Positions 27,177-36,120 of a DNA stretch of 54,387 nucleotides are shown here, one piece after another; positions within the stretch are counted from its first letter, which is position 1, and each line of letters starts with the position of its first letter. Both the position numbers and the translations under genes were made by a program. The stretch is taken from IMG/VR virus record IMGVR_UViG_3300028610_002189, positions 1-54,387 of that record, one strand, 5' to 3'. The notes beneath the pieces were generated by a model. It ran no database searches and had not been told where the DNA came from. It saw only the letters and a list, made by a program, of their open reading frames with translations. This stretch comes from a virus (taxonomy: Duplodnaviria > Caudoviricetes).

Positions 27177-27605
27177 ATGAAAACGGGTTACGTTCGACAA
27201 ACTGGAGAATTTGATTCTGAAATTCTGCGTAGTAGTGATTTTCAGTTGATGTCTATCACCCTAGATGATTCTGCTACTTATGGTGGAAATGCAGAAATTC
27301 CCAAAGGAGCATTACTTGTAAAACAGGCAGTTGATACTGATGGTACTTATAGAGTTCTTAGTACTGCTAGTAATTATCTTAATAGTCCTGCTGGTGATAC
27401 TGCACAGTATATTAAGGATCTTGTAGTACTTGCTGAAACTATTAAAGACGCAAGCGCAATGGATCAGCCTGTTAAGGCTTATTTGGCTGGTACATTTGAT
27501 CTGCGTAAGCTTGTGTATGATAATATGGGCTCTGTTGTTATTACAGCTACACAGTGGGCCAAGGTCAATAGAATTAAGGTTGTGGATATTGAAGATACGA
27601 CATAA
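27177..27605 (+). CDS. Head decoration protein, paralogue 2 (lambda gpD-like position)
   Basis: SITLD...IPKGALL...DGTY...VLAET...AYLAGTF. Confidence 0.7.
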   Translation: MKTGYVRQTGEFDSEILRSSDFQLMSITLDDSATYGGNAEIPKGALLVKQAVDTDGTYRVLSTASNYLNSPAGDTAQYIKDLVVLAETIKDASAMDQPVKAYLAGTFDLRKLVYDNMGSVVITATQWAKVNRIKVVDIEDTT

Positions 27606-27686
27606 GAAATAATATTAGATAAAGGCTTACGAAATTATTTAGTATGTGGGCCAGTAATTTTAAATTAAACTAAGGAGGTTTATGTT

Positions 27687-28922
27687 ATGGACGCATTAGT
27701 AAATAGTACCCTACTTAGCCCAAGATATTTACTCAAGGTTATTGATGATATTCCTAGTGACACCGCAACATATCGTGGTGGTGAAATGATGTCATTGATT
27801 ACTAAACCTGGGCCATTAATTGAATGGGATATTAGGAAACCCCTCGGAGGCATGACTCAAGCTGTCGCACGTGGAGCTGAATCTCCACTCGTTCATCGTA
27901 GAGGCGTAGGACAAAAATCTTTTGAACCTGGACATTTTCGTGAGAAAACTGTGTTGGGTGAGTCTGATGTTACAACTCTACGTAAGCTTGGAACTCTTGA
28001 AGAAAGAGCAAAAGCCGCCGAGCTCGTTGCAGAAATTCTTGTTGATCTTAATTCAAGACTTGATACACGTATTGAATGGTTGCGTTGGGAACCTATTATT
28101 AATAATTCTGTTACTATTAACAGTAATAAAGTTCAATATACTGTCAATTATTATTTACCAACTAGAATGAGACCTACCGCTTCTCCTCTATGGAGTACAG
28201 TTGCTACTGCTGATCCTATTACTGATATTCAGACCTGGGTAAGACTTGCTAGAGGAACTGGTGGTAAGATTAAGCAATTCTGGTATAATAGTAAGGTTGA
28301 ACAGTATCTGATGCAGAATGCTCGTATGTTGAGCTTGATTGACCGTGTTGTTACTGGTGGTAATTTGGGTTTGATGGGAAAGGATATTCTTGATAGTTTG
28401 CTGAGAATGTATATTGGTAACTATCCGACTCAGATGTATGATGCTGGATATAACATGGTTACATATTTGACATCTTCTTTAACTGCTGGTCAGACAAGTC
28501 TTACTGTTGATGATGCTTCTGTATTTGAGGCTAATGATACTCTTGTTATAACAGATCCTACTGAGATCTATGAAGAATCTGATACTGTTAGTTCTACTAC
28601 ATTGCCTGGTACAATAGTAGTAGGTACTGGATTTTCTAATACCTATGCTGCTAATTCTATGGTTAGAGCATATAAGACCTTTTTGCCAGATAATGTATTT
28701 ATTATTGAACTTGAGTTCCCGCCTGGATCTGGTGATAAAGGTGAAATTATCAGTGTTGATTCTGTTTATGGTAGAGGTAGTTTAACTAATCCAGTTCCTG
28801 GTAAATTTGCTGAAACTTTGTTTATAACTAAAGATCCAAAACAAATTGAGATCATTGTTGGTATTAATGCTCTCGGTGTAATTTATCGTCAACGTGGCTG
28901 GATTGTTGCTACAATAGCATAA
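27687..28922 (+). CDS. Major capsid protein (lambda gpE-like, HK97 fold) with inserted beta domain
   Basis: V.RGAESP, RLDTRIEWLRWE, WS..ATADPITDI, YDAGY, FLPDN, TKDP; strong SD. Confidence 0.85.
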   Translation: MDALVNSTLLSPRYLLKVIDDIPSDTATYRGGEMMSLITKPGPLIEWDIRKPLGGMTQAVARGAESPLVHRRGVGQKSFEPGHFREKTVLGESDVTTLRKLGTLEERAKAAELVAEILVDLNSRLDTRIEWLRWEPIINNSVTINSNKVQYTVNYYLPTRMRPTASPLWSTVATADPITDIQTWVRLARGTGGKIKQFWYNSKVEQYLMQNARMLSLIDRVVTGGNLGLMGKDILDSLLRMYIGNYPTQMYDAGYNMVTYLTSSLTAGQTSLTVDDASVFEANDTLVITDPTEIYEESDTVSSTTLPGTIVVGTGFSNTYAANSMVRAYKTFLPDNVFIIELEFPPGSGDKGEIISVDSVYGRGSLTNPVPGKFAETLFITKDPKQIEIIVGINALGVIYRQRGWIVATIA

Positions 28923-28992
28923 ATCCATTGTCTAACAACTGTTCGTTTTGTAACTAGTTAGCTCTAATTTAACTGAGAGAGAGGAGGAAAAT

Positions 28993-29346
28993 ATGGCAAA
29001 GAAACAAGCAGTTAGGATATTGTTTGATAATCTTACTCATGCTAGTAAACAATATAAGGCTGGTGAGATTGAATTAAACCCTACAGAACATTTGATAAAT
29101 ATGGCTACTAAAGGTACAAGATATTTTCACAGAGAGTTAAGGGAAAAAATAAAGGTTTGTGAGTTTGTTACTGTTGATACTGAGGTGAAAGAAGAAGGGG
29201 AATATACTATTGAAATGCTCAAGTCTCTTCAGGATTTAGATTTGATAAGGATACTTGTTAAGAAATTTGGTTTTAGTAGAGGTAGAGCATGTTCTTTCCC
29301 TAGAGTTAGAATGGAGAACTATATTATTAATCTTCAGGAGTTATAA
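28993..29346 (+). CDS. Hypothetical protein (head-tail connector region)
   Basis: GAGGAGG SD; synteny after MCP. Confidence 0.6.
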   Translation: MAKKQAVRILFDNLTHASKQYKAGEIELNPTEHLINMATKGTRYFHRELREKIKVCEFVTVDTEVKEEGEYTIEMLKSLQDLDLIRILVKKFGFSRGRACSFPRVRMENYIINLQEL

Positions 29347-29349
29347 TTC

Positions 29350-30177
29350 ATGCCTGATTCTGATTATACAACTTTAGATAAAGTTAGACGCATAATTAGA
29401 AGCGTTAGTGGAGACCCATCTGTACAGAAGAAGATAAAGTTCTCAGATGCTCATTCATTGCCAAAGAAACATAGTGGCAATTCTGGTAGTGGTATGCTTC
29501 TAGATATTACTATTAGTGGTAGTTATGTTGGCAATGAGAATTGGAAAATAACATTTACATCTGCAACAGGATTTACTTTGTATAGAGGTCAAGATGAGCT
29601 TAGTATTGATGGTACAGGTGATATCAATTTACAGTTTATCAGTTCAAGTAAAATAGTAACCATAAACACTACTGATTGGACAAGCACTATTGCTACTGGT
29701 GATTCTTTTACTTTTAGAACAGAATCTAATATTTCTAATAAAGATGCTGAGGGTTTTATTTCTGATGCTGAAGATATAGTTAATGTAATGCTGCAAGAAT
29801 TTTTAGATCCTTCTAATGTTCCTTTTACTGGTAGTGTTCCTAAACAAATAGATACAGCTACAGCGTATATTGCAGCATATGTAATATTTAGTTCTATATA
29901 TTCTACAACAAATCAAGGCGACATACCAGAATTAGTTAATCGTTGGTATAGAATTGGTTCTAATCTTGTTAGTGGCTATATTGAATCTATTCCTGGTATT
30001 TTAGCCAGACATGCTGTAAATATTCCAAGGTTTCTTGGAAGAGAACCTCTGTTTGATTATGTTGGTCTAACTGAAGTTGCAGGTATTGGAGGTGTAATGG
30101 GTGATAAGCATGGTAAGGTTGAAACTACTGATATAGGATATGATAAATTCTTTAATACTGAAGAAGGTGGTGACTAA
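29350..30177 (+). CDS. Head-tail adaptor-like protein with inserted beta-sandwich
   Basis: YTTLDKVR...FISDAEDIVN.L...VPF...VP..I...AYIAAY adaptor pattern. Confidence 0.6.
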   Translation: MPDSDYTTLDKVRRIIRSVSGDPSVQKKIKFSDAHSLPKKHSGNSGSGMLLDITISGSYVGNENWKITFTSATGFTLYRGQDELSIDGTGDINLQFISSSKIVTINTTDWTSTIATGDSFTFRTESNISNKDAEGFISDAEDIVNVMLQEFLDPSNVPFTGSVPKQIDTATAYIAAYVIFSSIYSTTNQGDIPELVNRWYRIGSNLVSGYIESIPGILARHAVNIPRFLGREPLFDYVGLTEVAGIGGVMGDKHGKVETTDIGYDKFFNTEEGGD

Positions 30178-31616
30178 TGCCTTATAATGATGATCCAATG
30201 TATGATGCATGGGGAAGTGTTATAGACCCTGGTGAGGCAGATATGTTGGATCTTGCATTAGATTTTGTTAATAGTAAACTTGTACTACCTGAAGGTGTTG
30301 TTACAGAAGGATCTAGGTTAGAAGCTAGTAGAGTTGCTGAAAGTACAGCACTTGATATGGCTTCATTCGAAAGTTACTTAAGAAGTAATGTTATAGCAGG
30401 TGCAGCGTATTATGAACATCCTGGACGTGTAGAGACTGAGGATGTAGAAATGCCTGTTGAGGCATTTATGGATATAATGCAGTCTATACTTTCTCATAGT
30501 GTTGATCCTCTTAAAGCTGTGTTAGCCATATCTGCTTTAGCTCCTAAAGCTAAGTTTAAAAAATGGCAAACTGAGAAAGTTAAAAGAATGATTACTAGGG
30601 GTGTAACTAAAGGGAGTTTGTTTATAGATTTTAACTTTAATACAACTGAGATTGAGAAAGTAGTTAATAATTTTGAACAGCGTGTTGCAACATGTTTTGG
30701 TAGTAATGATCTTTGGAAACAGGTAACAGAAGCTGTACTTGATAGAACTATTGTTAAAACATCTATAGAGGATTTGTTACTTTCTTTGACGCAGAGTGCT
30801 AAAATTAAAGAAACAGAATATTCTGCTATTCCTGGTACTATGAAATTTAAGAGAATTGGTAGAAAATTAATAGGTTCATTAGGTAAGGTTAGAGATATAG
30901 CTTTTAACGTAGTAAGGGCTGGGAGCATAATGGGTACTGGTGAAATTGCAACAGAATGGTTTACTGGTAAGGTGGAAGGATGGGATGTTGGTAGATTAAC
31001 CAGTTTAGTTGATAGAATAATGAATCTTTCTATGGATGTTGAGAATGATATTGGTGCTTTAGAAGATGTGGATTCTATAAGTGAATACACTGAAAGTATT
31101 GACAATTATGTTGTAGAACTTGAAGATATATTTCAAGAAGTTGGTAACATGTATGGAAATTTTAAAGATGTTTTACCAGATTATTATAACAATGTTTTAT
31201 CAAATATTGCTGTATTACAATTTTCAGTAAAGAAAACCGTTGAATCGCTTTATAAGGGTCGTGAAAGTATTGAAGGTCGTAGAAGTGAAGTTACTGAACT
31301 TAGAGGAACTGATGCTGCTAGAACTGCTGTTGCTGATGCTGGTAAAGGTGATTTTCATACGCTTAAAGCTACTAAGTTTTGGGATTTTTACTATAACTAT
31401 ATAGATCCTATGGGGGGTATTAGTATGATTGAGTATATCTCTCGCGGGTTTAGTGAAGATCTTGAAAAAAGACTTGAAGAAATGAATGTATTTAGTGAAA
31501 GTATTAGAAAAGAATTTGCTGAGGCAGAAAGAATTATATTTGAAGAGGCTGATGATAGAGCTGAGAGAACATTTGGAACTTTTGTTAAACAACATTTTGC
31601 TAATTTATCATTATGA
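30177..31616 (+). CDS. Large helical hypothetical protein in neck position
   Basis: 479-aa ORF coupled to both neighbours; no recognised motif. Confidence 0.6.
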   Translation: MPYNDDPMYDAWGSVIDPGEADMLDLALDFVNSKLVLPEGVVTEGSRLEASRVAESTALDMASFESYLRSNVIAGAAYYEHPGRVETEDVEMPVEAFMDIMQSILSHSVDPLKAVLAISALAPKAKFKKWQTEKVKRMITRGVTKGSLFIDFNFNTTEIEKVVNNFEQRVATCFGSNDLWKQVTEAVLDRTIVKTSIEDLLLSLTQSAKIKETEYSAIPGTMKFKRIGRKLIGSLGKVRDIAFNVVRAGSIMGTGEIATEWFTGKVEGWDVGRLTSLVDRIMNLSMDVENDIGALEDVDSISEYTESIDNYVVELEDIFQEVGNMYGNFKDVLPDYYNNVLSNIAVLQFSVKKTVESLYKGRESIEGRRSEVTELRGTDAARTAVADAGKGDFHTLKATKFWDFYYNYIDPMGGISMIEYISRGFSEDLEKRLEEMNVFSESIRKEFAEAERIIFEEADDRAERTFGTFVKQHFANLSL

Positions 31617-32074
31617 GTCCTATAGATACAGACAATATTGTTAGTGAGTTTATTGTAAATACAAATATTATTCTTAGGAATAATATGGAGGATTTGCATA
31701 TCAAAAAAGTATATGATGAAGATGTGAGTGTTGTAGATGTTGTTCCGTCTATAGCAACTTCTGTTATGAATATCGTTTTGGAGCGCAGATCTCTTGGTTC
31801 TGTTCAAGCTAGATTTGAAGCTGATATAATTGGCGAGTTATGGTATTATCACGAAGGAATTTCTGTTGATACTCGTAAGAATGAAGTAATGTGTACTGCG
31901 TGGAGTATATGTAAGGTGTTACAGGAAAATGCTACTCTTAATGGGTGGCTTGCTTCTACTAGAGCATATGTGAGAACTTGTACGTGGGCGTTAAGACGTA
32001 ATTCTAATTTGTTGTTGGCTTCAGCTAGAATTATTTTAGTTGCACGTAAACAACTAAGAATTACTACAGTTTAG
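31613..32074 (+). CDS. Probable tail terminator/completion protein
   Basis: Size, P.I, LQENATLNG motif, position upstream of tail tube. Confidence 0.55.
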   Translation: MSPIDTDNIVSEFIVNTNIILRNNMEDLHIKKVYDEDVSVVDVVPSIATSVMNIVLERRSLGSVQARFEADIIGELWYYHEGISVDTRKNEVMCTAWSICKVLQENATLNGWLASTRAYVRTCTWALRRNSNLLLASARIILVARKQLRITTV

Positions 32075-32119
32075 AGCATAGCTAGTTACAGAACGATTAC
32101 AAATATTGGTTTTAAAGGA

Positions 32120-32539
32120 GTGATAATGTGGATAAAAAAGAATTATGGTGCGCCGACTATGGTTCCCTTAATCGGCAAGATTGTTGGTAGTGATGAGTGG
32201 GTTGAAGTTGAAGATTCTACGGGGAAAAGATTAATAAAATCAAATCCACTATATAGTGGTAGATATGATAATCCTTTTGTAGAAAATGTTGTTGAAGAGG
32301 TTGATAGTGATGTAGAAAGTAATTTTGTAAAAATGACAGAAGAAAAACTTGAAACTACAACAGGTTTTTATGACACACATAAGGAAGAGAAAGACATTTA
32401 TAGTATGAATAAGGTTGAGTTAATTAAATTTGCAAGAAAAGTTGCAGAAGAAAAAGGAACTGAAATAAAAGGTATATGGAGAAAAAATGTGGATGAGATT
32501 CGTGAATTAATTATTTTCTTGCAAGAAAATGATATTTAA
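32120..32539 (+). CDS. Hypothetical protein with C-terminal Rho-N/HeH-like motif
   Basis: IYSMNKVELIKFA...GIWRKNVDEIRELI. Confidence 0.5.
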   Translation: MIMWIKKNYGAPTMVPLIGKIVGSDEWVEVEDSTGKRLIKSNPLYSGRYDNPFVENVVEEVDSDVESNFVKMTEEKLETTTGFYDTHKEEKDIYSMNKVELIKFARKVAEEKGTEIKGIWRKNVDEIRELIIFLQENDI

Positions 32540-32553
32540 GAGGAGGTATTGTT

Positions 32554-34581
32554 ATGGTAACAACAACTGGTCCAGCGGTAGGGGCCAAGGCTCAAATAGG
32601 ATTTGCTGAAGAATCTAAATGGGGATATCCTAAGAGTCCCCCTGCTTCATTTGTTGAATTTACATCTGAGGGTGTAGTTAGTGAATTTACTAATCTTATT
32701 AGTGCTTCACTTAGAGCCGATAGGGCTGTACATAAGCAACGTATTGGTACTGAAGCTGCTGGAGGTGATATTAATTTTGAACTTTGTCCGGCAGGTTTTG
32801 GAACATTATTAAAACATGCGCTTGGTAAGAAACGTACGAAACGTGTAGATATTGCTTTTTTGATGGTATATACAGGTAGTGGAATACCATCAGTTACTTT
32901 ATCTGCTAATAGTTTGACTTCTGTAGATGCTGATACTAATCTTAATATAACCATTAATAATAGTGATACTGTACAAGTTGTACTTGATGCTGTTGAAGCT
33001 ATTGCTGGTTGGGAAGCTTATGCAGCTTGGGGTGATGGAAGTACTGGTTATTTTGCAGTAACGAGTAAAATTACTGCTGTAACTACTCTTGGTAGTGGTG
33101 ATTATGCTAATGGTAAACTTGCTAAGACTGCCGGTGGAGTAATCAATCTTGAAACATTTACTTCTGTACCATGTGGTGCTGATGGCGGTACTACGCATGA
33201 AGTATTTTTCCCAATCAATATGAAATATGGTATTTATGAACATACTATTAAAAGTTATCAAGATTTGCCTGAAGTACCAGAAGGATTGACACTTGAAATT
33301 GGACGTGATGTTGCAGCATTTAATTACTATGGTTCAAAAGTTAATAGTCTTGCTTTAAATGCTACTCCTGGTGAGATTGTTACTGGTACATTAAATGTTA
33401 TGTCTAAAGGAGCTTCTACTTGTGGAGATGTTTCTGCTGATAGTGGAAATACTGGCTGGCAGGATCCTATTGTTGGTCTTAAATATGCTGGTTCTGAAAC
33501 TTCATGCAAAATTGCTGTTGATTCTACTAACGAAACATTTTATATGGAAGATGGAGGTTCTGGAACAGAGGTTGCTAAATGGCATTTCTCATTGGAAAGA
33601 GGATATTATGATCATGAAGGTAGTTATTATAATGTACAGACTCTAGGTGGTTTTATAGAGTTTTTACAAGCTTGTAATAGTAGTGGTGATTTTAATCTTG
33701 TTAAGAAACCTTCTGTTGGTTATCCAAGTAATTCTACTGATATTGCAGGTTATGGAAGTGCTGCAAGTCCAAATACTTTATCTGCCGATACTGAAACAGA
33801 ATTGAATTTTGATTCAACACTTAATGCTGATGCTGTTCCACTTATTCGTGGTGACTATACTAGTGATGATACTGGTGACTCTGGTACTATATATGTCAAA
33901 GTATCAACTAATGGAGCAGTTGATGGCACGGCAGCGTTTACAGGTTCTACGAATGATTCTTCTTATGGTAGTGCAACTTCAATTACTTATGGAGTCTGGT
34001 ATGATATTCTTGATGGTAGCGATGTTGATACTGGATTTGATGTAATGTTTCCTAATAATGAATCTCTAACACTTGATGATAAGTGGTCGTTTACAACTTT
34101 TAAAGATGCAAATGAAAGTGTTAGTTATGCTACAGAAGAAACATTTGTTGGTGCTCATGGTTCAGCTACAATTGATGATGATGATGCTGTTATTATGGGT
34201 CTTTCTTCTACTATTACTAATAATCTCTTTGGAGATAAATATGAACTAGGGGATAGACAACGTGCTGCTTTGAAAGAACAACAAATGGCAGTTGAAGGCA
34301 CTGTTACACTTGAGTTTGATAATCTAGATTTATATAGAAAGTTTATTAATGGTACTGCTATGGATCTGGATTTTACATTCACTAGCGATGAATATATCAA
34401 TGATAGTACTACTAAATATTCTGCTATAGTTACATATGCAAATGCTAAATTTAGTGGTACAACTCCTGTTGCTGGTGGGCCTGAAATTATTACAACAGAC
34501 TTTCCATTTGTTGGTTTGTATGATGATACATTAGGATGCAGTATGCAAGTTGTCTTGACAAATAATGAGTCTTATATATAA
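32554..34581 (+). CDS. Tail tube (major tail) protein with large inserted domains
   Basis: GFAEESKWG, GGDINFEL..GFGTLLKHALG, LTLEIGRD..FNYYGSKVNSL, ITNNL, VEGTVTLEF, V.LTN. Confidence 0.8.
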   Translation: MVTTTGPAVGAKAQIGFAEESKWGYPKSPPASFVEFTSEGVVSEFTNLISASLRADRAVHKQRIGTEAAGGDINFELCPAGFGTLLKHALGKKRTKRVDIAFLMVYTGSGIPSVTLSANSLTSVDADTNLNITINNSDTVQVVLDAVEAIAGWEAYAAWGDGSTGYFAVTSKITAVTTLGSGDYANGKLAKTAGGVINLETFTSVPCGADGGTTHEVFFPINMKYGIYEHTIKSYQDLPEVPEGLTLEIGRDVAAFNYYGSKVNSLALNATPGEIVTGTLNVMSKGASTCGDVSADSGNTGWQDPIVGLKYAGSETSCKIAVDSTNETFYMEDGGSGTEVAKWHFSLERGYYDHEGSYYNVQTLGGFIEFLQACNSSGDFNLVKKPSVGYPSNSTDIAGYGSAASPNTLSADTETELNFDSTLNADAVPLIRGDYTSDDTGDSGTIYVKVSTNGAVDGTAAFTGSTNDSSYGSATSITYGVWYDILDGSDVDTGFDVMFPNNESLTLDDKWSFTTFKDANESVSYATEETFVGAHGSATIDDDDAVIMGLSSTITNNLFGDKYELGDRQRAALKEQQMAVEGTVTLEFDNLDLYRKFINGTAMDLDFTFTSDEYINDSTTKYSAIVTYANAKFSGTTPVAGGPEIITTDFPFVGLYDDTLGCSMQVVLTNNESYI

Positions 34582-34604
34582 GCCATGTTCTTAACTTCAA
34601 TTAT

Positions 34605-34649
34605 AAGTGCGCTGTTTGCAGGAATAATTCCTCTACAGCGCACTTTTTT
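34605..34649 (+). terminator. Rho-independent terminator after tail tube gene
   Basis: AAGTGCGCTGT...ACAGCGCACTT stem with inner AGGAA/TTCCT stem, followed by T run. Confidence 0.7.
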
Positions 34650-34875
34650 AAAGGGGGTGATGTTATTAATTTTTAGTATTTATGTTATGGTATCGGTAAT
34701 GTTCTGGATGCCCTACATAGTCTGTGTAGCACTTTCTGCAGTTTGGTTATGGTTTTTGTTAATAATTTGTTTGAAGTTTCTAGAGGGCACTAGAGATGGT
34801 AATTTTGGTATCAAATTAAAGTTAGCTTTAAAGATACAGAAGTATCTTGCTAATCAACTAATAGAGGAGGAACAA

Positions 34876-35232
34876 ATGAAAGGAAAAAGATTTGATAAGC
34901 CGCATGATTATGTTTGTAAATGTGATGCAGGATTACCTGTAAAAGAGCAAACTAAATTTAAAGTGAGATTCTTGACTATTAAAGAACAAGCTGAATTAAG
35001 AGATGATATGTATCGTGTATCTGGTTTTGGTGAAAAGCGTCAAGAGAAGTTAATGACTGGCTCAGTTGCTCTTAAAGCTTTAATTAAAGGTATATTGGGT
35101 TGGGAAAATTTTAAATATGATGACACTGGTGAAGATATTCCTTTTAATGAAGAGAATTTTAGTTGTATACCTCCTGAACAGAGGGATGAAATTGCTGGTT
35201 ATATTAGAGGCGTTCCCGAAGAAGAAGTATAA
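34876..35232 (+). CDS. Tail assembly chaperone (short); ORF extends upstream in frame to 34585 with hydrophobic segments
   Basis: GAGGAGG SD before ATG 34876; F.VR.LT, GILGWENF motifs; between tube and TMP. Confidence 0.7.
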   Translation: MKGKRFDKPHDYVCKCDAGLPVKEQTKFKVRFLTIKEQAELRDDMYRVSGFGEKRQEKLMTGSVALKALIKGILGWENFKYDDTGEDIPFNEENFSCIPPEQRDEIAGYIRGVPEEEV

Positions 35233-35237
35233 AGGTC

Positions 35238-36119
35238 ATGTTTGTAGGGAACCCCTCGCTGGTATTGAGGTTTGACCCTGAGCATATATTTGAGTATGTT
35301 TGTGATGAAGAAGTTGATCCTAAAGACATTACTATTTTTAATGTTAGGCCTCTTACCATTTTACAGTATACAATCTGTAGAAATGTTCTTATGGGAAATG
35401 GGGAGGGGTCTGGCACAAATTTAGGCACTTTTAGTTTAGAGGTGGTGAAATTTGGGCTAGTGGGATGGAAGAATTTTAAATATGAGGATAATGGTGAAGA
35501 TATTTCTTTTTGTTCAAATAATCTTAATGCTTTGTCAGTTAAGATTGTAGATGAAATATCTAGAGCTATATTATCGTTAAGTGAAGTTGATAGTAAATGT
35601 GAAAGATCTATTAGATTTACTATTAAATGGTCAGAATATGTTGGTAAACTACAAAATCCTGATCAATGGAATTGTGATATATGTACGAAAAAGAAGCTTG
35701 CAGGCAGTAGAAATTGTGAAGGAAAAGATCTTCGTCTTTGTAGGAAGTGTAAACTAGAAACTCTGCTTTCTATATGTCCTAAGTGTGATAAAGTTACCTC
35801 TCCTAAGTTTATTCTAAAGCTTAATAATAAACAAACTAGATATGCTAATGAAGGCTTTGATTATGTTACTAGGTGTCCTGTGAGATTTTTGGAGCCTAAA
35901 ATAATGAGCATAATTAACATGGCAACTTTTATTGACGAGGCTGGAAGTTTTCCTGTGAAGGGAGCAGCATTAGAGCAAAGTAATTATTATTATCAAATAA
36001 GGCAGATGATATTAACTGAAAGAAATCTTGCATTAAAAGATGATAATAAACAAAATATACCTAATGTTCCAAAAGAAGTGAATTTAGAATCTTCTAGAAT
36101 GGGTAGAATGGGGAAATAG
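35238..36119 (+). CDS. Second tail assembly chaperone paralogue with Cys-rich C-terminal domain
   Basis: N-half aligns with previous gene (GW.NFKY.D.GEDI.F); C-half has CxxC x3 and RCP. Confidence 0.7.
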   Translation: MFVGNPSLVLRFDPEHIFEYVCDEEVDPKDITIFNVRPLTILQYTICRNVLMGNGEGSGTNLGTFSLEVVKFGLVGWKNFKYEDNGEDISFCSNNLNALSVKIVDEISRAILSLSEVDSKCERSIRFTIKWSEYVGKLQNPDQWNCDICTKKKLAGSRNCEGKDLRLCRKCKLETLLSICPKCDKVTSPKFILKLNNKQTRYANEGFDYVTRCPVRFLEPKIMSIINMATFIDEAGSFPVKGAALEQSNYYYQIRQMILTERNLALKDDNKQNIPNVPKEVNLESSRMGRMGK

Positions 36120-36120
36120 A

